In this document: positions 1-16,212 of the stretch, piece by piece
Position numbering within the stretch: the stretch's first letter is position 1
Layout: each line of letters begins with the position of its first letter
Source of the DNA: Psilocybe cubensis
Taxonomy: Eukaryota
Direction: 5' to 3'
NCBI GenBank assembly: GCA_017499595.2
Contig: CM038998.1
Location: forward strand, 3,534,001 to 3,598,000
Length of the DNA: 64,000 bases
Position numbers and translations under genes: made by a program
Notes under the pieces: model-generated
The model's database searches: none
Told to the model about the DNA's origin: nothing
The model's input: the letters and a program-made list of their open reading frames with translations, nothing else

Positions 1-371
1 GTCATTCAAGTCTAGATCTGCGGCGGAAGCGGTAATTGAGTTGTTTAATCTTATCTGTTCATCTTGTTGATATTTTCCTCTCTATATAGGGTCTGTCAAA
101 AGGTGCCAATATCCCAATTGTTGGTTCTGTACAGATATCGTGGTATACTGGAAAAGAGGGAGCTAGCACTGTGACACCAACACAAACAACGAAGGCCCTT
201 CCTAGCGAGTCGAGTAGTAGTGCACCTGCTGCAAGTCATAGTTCTGAATATGGACATGAAGCACCACCACGATCGCCAGAAAGCCATGCTGCGCATCATC
301 TACACGAGGAAGAGATTATTGCTAGCGGGTGGGGAGGAGGTGACGATGAAGATGGCATGGGTCTGCTGTAG
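1..371 (+). CDS. 3' end of an RRM-containing RNA-binding protein (RBM26/27-like); starts before the window
   Basis: Spliced reading SFKSRSAAEA | intron 32-~89 | GLSKGANIPIVGSVQISWYTG...GGGDDEDGMGLL*, resembling the last helix and strand of an RRM followed by a disordered tail. Family assignment from memory only. Confidence 0.5.
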
Positions 372-942
372 AATGACACTTTTATGTGGACATGTTTCCT
401 ATTTTGCTTGTGCCTGCTGCTTCTTCGTTGGGATTCCCTTTCCTTTTCGTTTTATTTCTCTTCTATGCGTACAATCTTTGTAATACTTACATTTCCTCTG
501 GAGGCGGTCGTTGCAATATTTTATTTTTTAAATGTGCGTCATGAATTTGACGACACTGCTGCCTCTTCAACTTTAAAGCAGCGCCCTATACAATTTGTGC
601 GAGAGAGATATTTAAGATTCAAGTGCATATGAAGTCGTCTAAGAAATCTACAGCAGCCCACACACTATTGAAAATGAGAAAAAGCAAATTGAAATGCCAC
701 AGAATAACCATCCTAATAGATATATATTTCTTTCGTTATGAATGAGAGAGATGAAAGAAGATATGTAACGCCAGTGTGTAGAAGAGCAAGTGAAAAAATG
801 GGGAGATAACACCAGTCAGTAAGATTAGATGACCGCAATACCAAATGTTAGAATGGTCGGGGCGGGGCATCAGATCAGAAATCAAGAAATAGGATCTCCT
901 GCCAGGATAGTGAGATGATGATGAGGGACAAGCCTTTGTCCG

Positions 943-2773
943 TTAGATAACGATGCTCCAGTCGCTTGGGATCTTGCCGGTTTGGCGACCGACGAGCTCG
1001 GTCCAGATGTGGCGCGAAAGTGGGCCCATGCCATCTTTGCCAACTGGGATGTGGACGTCTTCGCCTAGGTAGCCGATGCGGTCGACGGGGCTGATGATAG
1101 CGGCAGTACCTATATCGGCAGGACAAAAGTTTAGACAAGAGATGGGAGAAAAAAAAAAGCAGTTTTACGCACCAGCACCAAAGAGCTCAGCGAGCCGTCC
1201 AGATTCGGATGCTTCCTTGACTTCGGACATTGTTACGGGTCGCTCTGAGACTGTGATGTCCGTGGGGAGGCCTGCGACGGGTTTGACGCCGGATGCGTGC
1301 TCGCGCGCGAGGGTGAGGACGGAGTCGCGAGTGATACCTGGGAGAATCATGCCGTCGAGGGGTGGAGTGACAAGTTCATACCCTAGAGAGAATATGGTGC
1401 AGAGGCAGAGTTAAAATTTTGATAGTGTTGAAAAATGGTGATTTTGTTACCTCCTCCCTCTTTGTGGAACACGACGAACATGTTCATGGTGCCAACTTCA
1501 GTGAGGTAGTGTTCGGGCCCATGAAGCCACAGGTTCTGGGAGTATCCTTGGGCGGCGGCGTGTCTCTGGGGTAGGATTCCTGGGGCGTAGTTAACACCAA
1601 GCTTGAATGCACCGGTTCCTGATTGATGTTAATGTTAATATCTGCTATGTGTGAGTAAGGAGGGATTAGATGGGACGAACCTCCAGGGGCGGCCCGGACG
1701 TACTCCGTGGTACCGTAGAGTGCGATAGGTTTGAAGCCAGTGGGATAATACAAGCCTACGGGGCTCAGGATGACGAAGAGAAGAGCTTCATTGGGAGGGC
1801 TGACACCGATAGCTTTTTGTGTGCCAACTGTGTTGATTTGTGGTTAGTTGAGATAAATGACACTTGAATGCGGGAAGCGAAAACTCACTGAGGGTAGGCC
1901 GTACGTAAAGACTGTGGCCTGGCTCAGATGGGATCCAGTGCTTGTCGATGCGGATAAGCTGCTTGATGAGTTCCAGAAGAGCATCACCGTTGAATGTCTA
2001 CATATTTTTTATGGTTGTGAGCCCAAGTTGAGGTAGAGCCATGAGGTGATAACGCACGGGTAGGGCAATACGGTGTGCACTAGTATTCATACGCTTCATG
2101 TTCATGTCGGGTCTGAACATTCTGATATTGCCTTCGGGATCTGTGTAGGCTTTCATTCCCTCGAAGATGGTTTGCGCGTAGTGCAGCACTGTAGAGCTGG
2201 GTTCCATTGCGAGCGGGCCGTCTGGGAACTTTGTGAGATACATGCATAGCTAGATCGGGGGATTAAATAAACGGACATGGTTGGATATGAGGTGCTCCCC
2301 ATCCTGCTTCTTGTGTCCATGGAATGGTTAACATATGGTCAGTCTAGATATTTAATATTCAATATATTGGTGCATTTTAGATGGCACGAGGTGACGCACG
2401 AAGGTATGGCCAAACTTCAATGTTGAAGACTCTGGCAAAGTTTTAGGTTTGCCTGTCCGTGTAAATTGAAGTTTGGAAGGCTTCGCTTTGTTTTAGCAAG
2501 GGAAATATGTGCGAGGAAGTATAGCAAACGCACATCAATATCGGCCAAGCCTCCAGCTAGTGAGCTTAGAGCTCTAAGAGAGATAGGCGCATTCCTCCAT
2601 AGTAGTGTCCTCAGACCTGCCGAGTTAAATTGGGAGGCATTGGAAGTGCGCACAGCACGCGAGAAAGCCAATGACATGGTCCAAGAGGATGGGGGAAGGC
2701 AAGAAGATCCGGGGTGGGATTTAAACCTGCTTGCAACAGACAGGTTGAGTCGAAAGCTATTTATTCGGAGCAT
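943..2773 (-). CDS. BAT1: Branched-chain amino acid aminotransferase (class IV PLP), likely mitochondrial; multi-exon
   Basis: Exons encode [59 protein letters not shown]; stop TAA at 945-943. Arg/Ser-rich N-terminus with in-frame ATGs at 2773 and 2677. Confidence 0.93.
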
Positions 2774-3376
2774 CCGTTGACAAGCGGATCGGCTTTCTGT
2801 GCCGAAGAGCGCTCAGTTGGTCCTTCCTTAATCCTATATTGTACACTCTAAACCTTCATCTTCAAATTGTACAGAACCATGATGTAATTTGTCTGTATAG
2901 GGTCTATATACAATGTTGTTGTAGTAGTGGTGGCCGCGACAGTTTGGCCTGACAATTAAGAAGAGTAGTCGATGCTATTCTCAGTTTAAAGAACGATCAC
3001 CTCGGATGAGAAGACTGGATCAAGAGAGGCCATATCCTGCGAATAAAGTGAGCTGCAATGGCACAGAACATGGGCCACAGAACATGGCGGTATTTAAGGA
3101 AATTGATCAAGGGGACGCAGCCCCTGTGAGAAGAAACGGACACACGTGGAAACTTTGGCTGAAAGATTTTTGGCAAGAGCAGTGAGTATTGCCTTGTTCT
3201 TCACTCAGTCATTCTGAGCATCCTCCAAGGGGTTGCCTGTTGACAACTCCCTCCAGTATACCCAACTATCCTTGTCTACTGGTCCCCTTTCTCCCTCTTA
3301 TTCTTCAGTCCAGCTCTGGCCGCCAGCACACACCATCTCCATCTCTCTTCTATCCGCCTAATTCCTATCCTTCTCC

Positions 3377-6300
3377 ATGTCTACTAAGCGCAGAGATCCC
3401 CTACCGCGTCTCAGTATCGTTCAAAATCTCAATATGCAACAGCCTACAGGTGGTCCTGGCCAGGCTCTATACTCCCCCGCCCTTCCGACGAGTATACAAC
3501 AGAGCTTCCACCCAGCTTTCCCCGTCTCAAATCCACTCCAAACACCTATGCAATCCTTCTTTAATGCAACTCCTGGCGCTCCTGCGCGTCCAGGCCATCA
3601 CGCCCACCACGCAAGCATTCAACTAGCAGCAGCGGGCATCCACCCTCCCAATTACATGACCCCTGTCGCCTCTCACTTTCCACGGCCCTCCATTGCGTTG
3701 GCTCCTGGCGTCCAACCTCAAGCTTCTCCTCATCCATTCCCAAATCGAAGTCGACGTCAGTTGAGTATCGGTGGTCCTCCGAAGGCGGTTTTGGGTGGTC
3801 CTGCTCGTAAGGTCAGCCCACTTCCCGGTGCTCTCGGTCCAAGTATCACCCCAGGAGCAACCCCAGCGCCTGTGAAGACGAAGAAGGTCATCGTCAATTT
3901 CCCGAAGGAAACGCCCGTTGGCGAAGATGGCGAGCCTACGACGCGTCCTTCCTGGGCGCGGACGCCTTTACCCAAGGAATCTGACAGTTCTGAACAAGTG
4001 CCAGTCAAGGCTGTCGAAATTGCCACTGCGGAATCTTATCCACCAGATGAATGGAGGCACGATTTACCTGATGCAGTCGACGTCTATCTTCCGGGCAAAG
4101 TGCGTAACATAGCGGAAGCAATTTTTGTAACGTACACTTGATTCGAGATTCCGGCTGATTGTTTTCATTAAACAGCGCGCGTGGGACGCTCTTAAAATAC
4201 AAACTATCGAGGAAAAGTTGGAGAAACTTGGAGTAGAACGCGGTTCCGGAAGCACTGTCCCTCAGATTCATGCACCTCACGCCCGGGCTGCTTCGGTACG
4301 TCGTCAGCACATGCTCTACACGTGGTAGCCTTTGTCTAAACAAACATTTAGATATCTTCACCTGCAGATCCAGCTCTTCTGTTGTTCAAGCTGAATAAAC
4401 TACAGCAATCTCAGCAAACCAGTTCCGCGGGCAACTCTTTGTCAGTTTCGCCTCAGCCTCCATTCGCCGCTCCATTTGGGTTGTCGCCATCACCTCGAGG
4501 GACATCGCGTTTCCTAACAGGTCGCCACGGCCACACAATGTCATTAGCCCAACCTCCATCGTATCAATCTTCCCTTTTCTCATCACCTCCTTCACAATAC
4601 CATAATCCCCTCAGTTCTCAAGGTGTCTTGGGGTCCGATTCCGCCGCTGAAAGCTCAGATTCTCCAATTGACGGCATTTACGCGCCGCAAGGACGCGTAC
4701 CATTGGCTGCTCCCAGTTTCGCGCCACCGCCATTATCAGCAGTAGGTGGCGGGAGTCATATTGACTTCATTCGTGGATTCGGCTTGGACGCCCCTCAGGA
4801 ATCAGAGGAAGAGGCCGAAGAAATGCAAGCTGAAGAGCGCAACGAAGAGAGTGAAAAGGAAGAGCTTGATGCGAAGCTCAATGACAACTTGGAAGTGGAG
4901 AATAACTCTGATGGTGAACTTGAGGAATATGACGACGGGATGACGACTGTGCCACAGAGTCGACTGCACTCTCGACATGTGTCAAGACTATCCGCGGCCC
5001 TTTCTCTTCGCTCAGTGGGTGGCAACTTCATTGGGCAATTCCAAAATGGAGAAGAAAATGAACAACGAGAGAATAACGAAGATGATGCTGATGACGAGGA
5101 CGATAACGAAGCTGAAAAGGAGAACGAGCCCCCGCAACAGAGAGAGCTCCAACAGTTGGACGTTGATCCTGTCGAGGAATGGACTGGTTCAGAGGATCAA
5201 TATCTTGGTGTGGAGACGTCTGATGATGAGGTGCGTTTCTTTCTATCTGTCCTGGCATTATCTCATGATTTCATTAGAGCATCGGTGAATGGTCGAATCC
5301 TTCGGATGAGGAAAGGGCTCGTCAACAACGGAATGAGCGCCGCATGCGTCGTAGAGCTGCTCAACAGCAACAAATCGACCAACCTCGTCGCATTCCAAAC
5401 TTCCCTCGTCCACCGGAAACTACGCTTGGGTTCATTTCGCAGCGAGAGGATGATATCATCTCAAATCCCAGCGAAGAGAACTATGCTATGGGAAGACAGG
5501 CAGAATTTGTTGGGGTTACTACCGAGTTATATCAACCAGAACACCCGAATGCACTGGCATCATCCCTTGCTCTACCCCATTCTCGTGTAACATCTGGTCA
5601 ATATTCTATGCACGATCCTGCTATGGCTCATTCACGCAGTGCTTCTGGTGCAAGTGGATTCCCAGAACCTTCATTCCATCATCAATCAAATCTATCAGCG
5701 GGCAGGCGAGAGTCTCTCAATCCACTCGCTAAACCGTTCGTATTTGGTGCTCGTGGTGATTCAGGTTCATGGCAGCCATTTAGCGGAAACTCGACACCTC
5801 CTACCCAAATGCCGACAGCCTCTACCACTCATACACGTTTACCATCCATTGGCAAGCCTCTTAATGTCGCAGCCGTTGAATTCAAGCCTGGCGCGTTCAA
5901 TTTCCGACTTGCTAACGCGCCCCAGATGCCAGTGCCTGAGCGGTCGATACCTCTTCCCTTGCCACAGCCAGCTCAGCCACTGGAAACTATTACTTCGGTG
6001 GAGTCGACGCCTTTCAAGGTGCAGGGTAGAGAGAAGAGGCAACGTCGCGATGGATCGAGTTCTTCGATCATCGACGAAGGAGATAGCTTTGCCTCGTTCA
6101 AGTTCCCAATGAAAATTGAGACTTCCTCGCCTCAGGCCTTGCGTCGTCGCCGGTCAGGATCCTCCCTATCTGGACAAGCACCCCATGAATCCGACCCGGC
6201 TTCCCAACCGTTTACATTTGCTGGATTCTCAGCTGTGGCTAATAACATGCCTCGTATGACAGGAGAGGTAGCGGAAAATGACGCAGAAGAAGCTGCCGCC

Positions 6301-9300
6301 AGTGAACAAAATGAAGACGAAGAGAACGCCAACGAGTCAGGCACTGCTCTTGCCAACGATAGTCATGAGCAGGAGATCGTTATTCCGGCCCTACCCAAAC
6401 AAAAACGGGCGCCAATTCCTTTGGACTTCAAGCACCCAGTGTCAGGTAATACCGTCCCAGCTGGATTGTTCAAGGCGCTGGTCAACAATGACGATCGTAC
6501 AAGGAAGAGTGTGCGTTCGCGTATGAGCTCCCGAGACATTTTCGAACATATGCATCGGCCGTCGATGGACGATGATGATGTTGCGTTGATTGCTCTCAAA
6601 GGTCCTCGTAGTCGTCTCGTTACCGACCCTGGCGATAGACCAAGTCCTCCGTCGGATGATGTGTTTGGATCGGTTCGACATACCCGTAGGCGGTCGTCGC
6701 TTCCTGACGCCTTGCACGACACCAAGGTGTCGACGTCTCCGTCAGTTATGTCTGGTGTTGCTCAGGACCTATCTATGCGCATGGAGCTGCATCACATTGA
6801 AGATATTCTCAGTCACCTTCTGGATCATAAATTCGCGGATTTGCGCCATCATTTGACCCGCAAATTGCTCACTGCCAGCGAAACCAACTCGGCTGCTACA
6901 GAGACAAAGGTCAACGAGGTTATCTCCATTTTCCGTGCTCAGCTGCAAGAGTCGGCTGCCCGCACTTTAGAAAACAGCCAGATGGATGCTCGAGGAGAGT
7001 TGGACTTCCAAATGATCAAGGAAGTTTTGGAAGAAAGCCAACAGCAGCTCCTTGAAGCCTTGCAACGAGAAGTTCGTCGGGATCCTCAGCACGCAGCTTC
7101 CTTTACTGGAAACGTGCCTCAGGATCTGTTGTCTGCAATTGAGCAGCTCGGTGGCAGAACTATTAATGCCGTTGTTGAAGCTATTTCAGAACTTTCCGCT
7201 CGACAGGAAGCCGTGGCTCTCAATGCCTCTGCTCGCGAACACGATCTCATCGTTGATAAGCTCGTCAGCGTTCTATCTCCCATGCTCCACTCTCTCCAGA
7301 ACGATCCCATTGACTACGATTTCCTGACGAATCAGCTTGCACAGGCCGTCAAGCCACATATTTCGCAGCTCATCGACCTCGCGTCAGATAAACGCGAGAC
7401 GGCTGGACTTATTGTCGATAAGATTCTGCCTCATATTCCTTCGGCGAGCGATATGACGGTCGATACGGATGCTATTACAATGAAGCTTATTGCTGAGGTT
7501 CGACGCGCGATCGCACCTATTGACGCGTTCGAGATCAAGGAGCAGGTCGCAGATCTGGTGGTTGAGCGTCTGGACTCGCGCCTTGCGGTGCGCGACAAGA
7601 CGTTCAATGTTGATAGCGTAACGGCTAGGGTTACTGAGAGCGTCTCGCAGCTCTTGGAGTCGCTCAATACTGTGCCTAGTGTTGTTGAGAAGCTGGCTGC
7701 CGGTCAAAAGGTTGTCGAGGAGAAGCAAGCATCCTTTGCTACCTCTCAGTCCGAGATCATTGCCTCACTTGCAGAGCTTCCTGAGCGTGTTGGTACCCAA
7801 CTCCAGGATCTCAAAGCTCTCCAACAGGACATTTTCAAGAAGGTCGATCAGCCGCCTGCTCCTGTCGTTCAAACCGATGAGAATGTTCTCGTTGTCAAAA
7901 GTCTCGTGGAAGGCCTTACTCAAGACCAGAAGAAGTTGGCAGAACAGACTGAAGCTGCCGCGTCGCAGAACAAGGTTCTCTTGGATAAACTCGACACTTT
8001 GCCCCAAGAATTCAAAGGAGCTGTAGAAACCCTTCAGAGCGCATTATCCGATCTCATTACGTCGCAGGATAGCACCAAACGTGAATTAGAAGATGTTCGC
8101 AAATTAAACGCGGAGTATCAAGTTCAAGTTACCAAGGCCCGAAGCTCGTATGGCCAAGCTCGTGTCGAGAAGGATGTACTCGGAGAGAAGCTCACTATTG
8201 TTGAAAGTGAGCGTGATCGCCTTCGAGCGAAGGTTCAGGAACTTGAGGATACTGCTGCTTCCAAGACCAAGGAAACGAGCACTTTGCAGGCTCGCAACGC
8301 GGAGTTGGAAGAAGCTCTTGCGAAAGCTCTTGCTCGACTCCAGTCTGCTGACGTCGTAGCCGAAACGAATCAACGTAACATTGCCGAATTGGAGAAGGCT
8401 AATAAAGAACTCAGTACCGAGAACCAAAATATCTCGTCTAAGGTTGGTCTATTTCGTAAAATGTTCTGTCGTTGCAATCATCCATCTTATTTCTAGGCGG
8501 ATTCTCTGGAGTTGGGTATTGAGTTTGCCAAGAAAGAAACGGAGAATGTTACAAAGGCCCTGGAAAGTCTTCAACGCCAGCATACTCAGTTGTTGTCTCA
8601 ACAAAACAACTGGGATGCTCTCAGTGCCGCGACGGAGAAGATTAACATGGTCTTCAACCTGCTTGAAAATGCCGACAGTGAAGAACAGAAGGAGCTGAGG
8701 CATTATCGCGATCAGAGCAAGGTATTGGAAGATGAAAACATGGCGCTGCAGAAGCGTTTCAAGGACCTCGAAACAAAACTTGCCAACAATGATCGAACTT
8801 TGACCGCAACAAGGCAGTCACTCACTCAAGCTCAGCAGCGGTCATCTGAATGGGAACGCCGAGCCAAGGAATGTGAGGGTGAACTCGAAATGGTGCGAAC
8901 CAAGTTCGAGCAATCGGAACAAACACAATCTCAACTGGAAGCCGATTATCAACTGGTCAAGATGCAACTTGAAGAGCAAGAAGCAGAAGGCCGGTTGCGG
9001 GTGGTGAGTTTACTAAATGTATCCCGTTCATTGAACTTCTTCATTAACCACATATATATACTAGGATCGTGAAAATAAGCTCAGAGATCAGGTCTCTGCT
9101 TTGGAATCAAAATGTGTTCTTCTCCAGGGAGAACTCGAGAAGGCAAGAACAGCAGCAAGATCTGCTCCTGCTGCGCCATTCCGACCTCAGACCAATGGTA
9201 ACACACACCCTCCTCCTCGTCCTGATTCTCGAGCTAGCACTATCTACGATGGCCGCGGAGAAACGGCCAGTCGTCGAGTCGTCTCGTATGCTGGTGGTCG

Positions 9301-9562
9301 TAGCAGTTTGGCGTCGAGCCAAAACGGTCCTTCCGAACCATCTGTTTGGGATTCAATGCACGCACCTACAAACACAAACAACCAGACTAAATGGAGTACA
9401 CCCCCAATGCATACGCCCTCAAGTCGGTTTGCCAGTCTCGCGCCATCAACGCCGAAAGCCTTCCCTTCAAGATTTAGCAGCCAGTATGCTCGTGCCCCGT
9501 CACCGACGCCCAGCACCGTTTCTGCGGCACCTACACAAGGGGACGACGGCTGGTGGACATAA
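3377..9562 (+). CDS. upa2: Upa2-like endosomal mRNA-transport scaffold (PAM2 motifs, coiled coil, C-terminal GWW), about 1963 aa
   Basis: Exons 3377-4099, 4176-4295, 4352-5230, 5278-8442, 8497-9003, 9065-9562 join in frame (5892 nt, all phase-0 introns). PAM2-like SLNPLAKPFVFG and PLNVAAVEFKPG, long heptad region, ends QGDDGWWT*. Matches the architecture of Ustilago maydis Upa2. Confidence 0.8.
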
Positions 9563-10642
9563 ATCATTTCATTTTCGGGAGGTTTTAGATCTTTTAATAT
9601 GCTGTCAGTTTTACGTTGCACTTATTCCTATTCTACATAATCGGTTCAAATTTATCATGAACATCTCTATATCCTCCTTTATCAACAAACACTCTCATTT
9701 ATAATCCTCGCTATCGGTCTTTTGACCATCCACTACTCCGTTTTTCATTTCATCTTTCTATTTTTTTTCGTCATCTCGCACAAATGAACCGACTGTAGGC
9801 GGAATCTGTATATATACCCTCATTTATCAGTGGTACTAGTTTTTATCAATATCAACACATTGGCTCGGAATATATCTTTTTTTTGCGAATGACATCGCGT
9901 GTTTGACTTCGTTGGCCGTGTAAGCTTCGAACGGTGGTTTTAATTAATGGGCGCTTATCATATCGAATATTACCCACAACCTTTGAATAGCATCATCTCT
10001 CCGAACATTATCCGCATATACTCAGTCGATGTCTTTTTGTAACTGCAATATACTTCTAATCCCCAAAATGCGCGAACTCTTTATTTAAGATCATTAGGTA
10101 GGGATTACCGCCTGTACTCGCAACGTTTACCCGTTGTGGCTGCATATAGATATATCTTATATAAACATTGATTTTCTGTACCACAGTGCTTGGAGCTTTG
10201 GAGGTTGGAGATGCGTCATTTGGTACGCATTTCTCTGTCAATCATGCAAACATAGAGATATTCAGTGGCTTCATTCGTCAGAGGCAGTTTTTGCTCCAAT
10301 CATGTACAGAAACTCCCAGAGTGCTCCAAACGTCAATTATAGGCATAACAAAGTCTATGCTTAGCAGAGGTAGGCGTCGAACGTAGCGAAGCAAGTCGTC
10401 AGTGACTATGCCCATGTTACTTGCTTTTGATCTTAGTATCAAGGTTATACATACCCTGATTTATCAATAGTACTATTTGTACACTCGTACCTAGAATGCA
10501 AATTAACGACATGAAGGGTCTACATGAACCAATAGGAAAAGAGGAGGAAGCAAAGCGTCAATGTGCAATTATGTTATATAGAAATGAGAAGAGCCGGAGA
10601 CATTTATGTATTGAGTAAGTACTGGTTAAAAAGGAAAAAGGA

Positions 10643-12694
10643 TCAGGGTAATACTGGTTGAGGAGGGGGAGGGGGTGAGGCGCTTGTTGTTGAGCCTGGT
10701 TTAGTCGTGGTGGGGAATATCCATTCTTGCACGGCCAGTGTCGCTTCCTGGGGACCTTTTGGTATCCTTTGGGTTCAAGTGTAAGCAGTTAAAGATGTGC
10801 TATGGAATAGGTAGGAGACTTACTTGAGCTTGGGCTGCCACCGCCCATTCTCTTTCGTAAAGAAACGAGGGACGTGCTCCGACCCGCTTTCTTCTCGGTA
10901 CTTTCGCTCTTCTCTCTGTGCATCTTCGACCGCTGTCTTCGCTGTCGTCGCTGCTTCCATATCTTTGTTGATGATGGCTTCAGTTAGATGTGTCCACAGT
11001 CTACCACCGACAACGTTCGCGTTCAGATGCTAGTTTCATTTCGAGACTAGGCGATGAGTATACCTTCGTGATTCATTAGGCTCTTGCTCGTCTTCAGGAG
11101 GGACCCACTTCGGAGAAATATTCTGGCCATCTTTCACTGCGTCGAACAGCACTCGCTTCTGACCAGTCTACTCAAGCAATTAACTTCCCAGATTTTTTTA
11201 TATGTGGGTTGGAAAGGAAAACCCAAAATGTAAAAAATACGGCAATAACAACGCACCTTGCTGCTTTTGATCTCCATGACATGACTCCATCTCCCCGACA
11301 CTTCTCCGATTTCAGTCGAGTTCTTGCGCACCCGCCCCGCCAAGGCATTATACGTCCCGGAAAAGAATCCCTGTCGTACAAATGCTTTATTTTAAAAGAG
11401 TAATTATGAGTGATGTTGAGAAATAGAAGTGACCTTGGTCTTGAACTCCAGATCGCACGACAAGCCGTGTTTCTCGTTCTTTGCTATACATGTATCTCCC
11501 AGCTCGAGGACCATCTTGCCAAAGAGGATTCCACGAGCGTACATATTCGGCATCGTGATCACGTATTCTGATATTGTCCCAGCATCAGTTCCAGCGCGAT
11601 TGGATTTAGACGAGGGTAAGTAGGGAAATTTGCGAGATGGACGGAGATTAAAAGAGCAGGATATGTGTTTTGCTTACCCCCATCCTCTGGCTTGCCGAGC
11701 AACGTCACCCTATTTTCGCCCTCCATCGTGGTCGACACGCTGTTGCCGAGGAACTTTGATTTGGGTCTGAGCTCGCCGATGATGCAGACGTGGTTCGCGG
11801 GGGAGATGTAGAAGAACGCAGATACCGGTGGATGGTGCGACACTGCGCGATTCGTATGTTAGTACAAGTCGGCCGGAGATAGAAGTAGGATGGATTGCGG
11901 CAACTCCGAGTTTTCCGTCTCATGCCTTTTGAAAGAATAAAGACTCACCTTGCTCCGCGATGTAGAAACCCTGTGTGCCGTTGGGGTAGTCGTATCTGCA
12001 TCTGAAGAACTCTCCGAGGACGGGATTGTATCTGTGCAGAGAGGGAGGGGGGGAACAAACCGCAGTAGGCAGCGCGCGTCGGTCCGTCGGCACGTAAGAT
12101 CGGAAGAGACGAGAGATGAACGACTCACGGTTTCTTGACGCCCTTGGGCTTGATATGCCACCCAGCTAGATAGTACTGCAGTACTCTGATGAATCGCTCC
12201 TCTGGATCGTCAAAGCTCTCGGCTCTGTGGACATCGCACCAAAAGTCAGATGGCCTGCAGAATGAAAGAGAGATGGCGGAACTTGCCCAAAGATCAGGTC
12301 TGGATGGGACATAAAATCGGTGATACGCTCGAGCATACTTCGGGGCTCGAGTACAAAGGTAGGAAATGTGACTTTGGAAAGATCCATCCCAACCCTGTAC
12401 GGTGCAGCAGATGCGATGGGTCAGATGCCGATTAGGAGATGAAAAAAAAGCGATTTGTGCTCGCCTCAGCTGGGAGATCAGAGAGGTGATTATGGAGCCC
12501 TCATTTTCATCTCTGAGATGCGCGTTAGAATGGATGGGAGACATGGAGAGCTAGAGGATGAGGAGGACGAACAGGATGGAGGTGTCGTCGGGTTCAGTGT
12601 CTGAAGGAGGCTTGTCGTCGGCCTCGAGAGAGCCTCGAGGCTTTACAACTTTATTGAACGTGCTACCGGCCTGACTAAAGAGCCCACCCAGCAT
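10643..12694 (-). CDS. Oxysterol-binding protein (ORD-only, Osh6/Osh7-like); multi-exon
   Basis: [42 protein letters not shown] signature, [11 protein letters not shown] at 12694, TGA at 10645-10643. Confidence 0.92.
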
Positions 12695-12842
12695 GATTGT
12701 GGACAGAGAAGCGGAGACTTATATAAGGACGAGTGGTAAAGGGAGAGCAAGAGACAAGTAAATATCTCAATCACGTTTGATGGATCGTACAGCCTCATTC
12801 AAATTGATGTCATATCCAATCATATATCATAACACTACTCTC

Positions 12843-15300
<2,458 letters not shown>

Positions 15301-16212
15301 TATGTCAAGGTATATAAGGCCGTCTAGAGAAACAGAGACCTGAAAGTATGTTTGATCGAAGAGAAGATTGTGAAAAAAAGTTGATGCCCCTCATGACTTG
15401 CCATTTTGGGCGATCAGAGATCTATATTTGGGGCACTCTTAGATGGTTGTAAATGGGCAGCACGGATGCTCAACCGATGCTGGTCAGCCCAGGAATAGTA
15501 TATGCAGACATCGCATGGATAACTCGGAAGAGCAACAGTGATTTGATTCCTAAAAAACCAGCTACATGTGTAATGCAAAATACTCAATCAACAAGCTATC
15601 GGTAAAGGATGGTTCCGTCGTATTACACTGGCGTGTATATCATCGATGCATGCAAGCGCCGTACAGACAGAATGGCTGTTCGCAGAGAGAGCAAGTTGAG
15701 GAACCAAGTAAGCAAAGATGGAACTGGTGACTGCGGGCGCAGTTTGTAAAGGCGTATTTAGGACGCAAGGGCCCTTGGCGGATCTATTGGGGCAAAAAGT
15801 CTCAGCCGCTGGGCGGAATGTGTGGTGGAGAGAATGGTACAAGCTGACTGGGTATGGTGAAGGTGAAGATGAGCAGGTGAAATGGTGAATATTAGGCACC
15901 TTGACGATGGAAGTGATTGATAGCAACAGACCAAACTAGCGGACTCGGAAGAATCAAAAGCAAAGGAGCAGCAAAGTTTGAAAGTCTTTTGCCGTTCTCC
16001 TTTCATTTTCTTTGTATACGGTCAAGCGAACCCTTGTCTTTCCTCCAAAAGCTTGTTGGTTCCACCCGCAGGTATGTTCACCGCACAGCTTTTCATGACT
16101 AAGAGCGCGCCAAGACCCTCCTCCGCTTTCTCTCATCTCATTATAATAATACTCACCTCTTCTTTTCTTTCTCCGTTACGCCACTCTTTTGTAGGCGGTC
16201 TCTCTTTCTCTT

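Noticed and set aside
3062-3087. Direct repeat CACAGAACATGG x2 in the BCAT/Upa2 intergenic region
   Set aside because: Two copies only; likely local slippage duplication, not an array.
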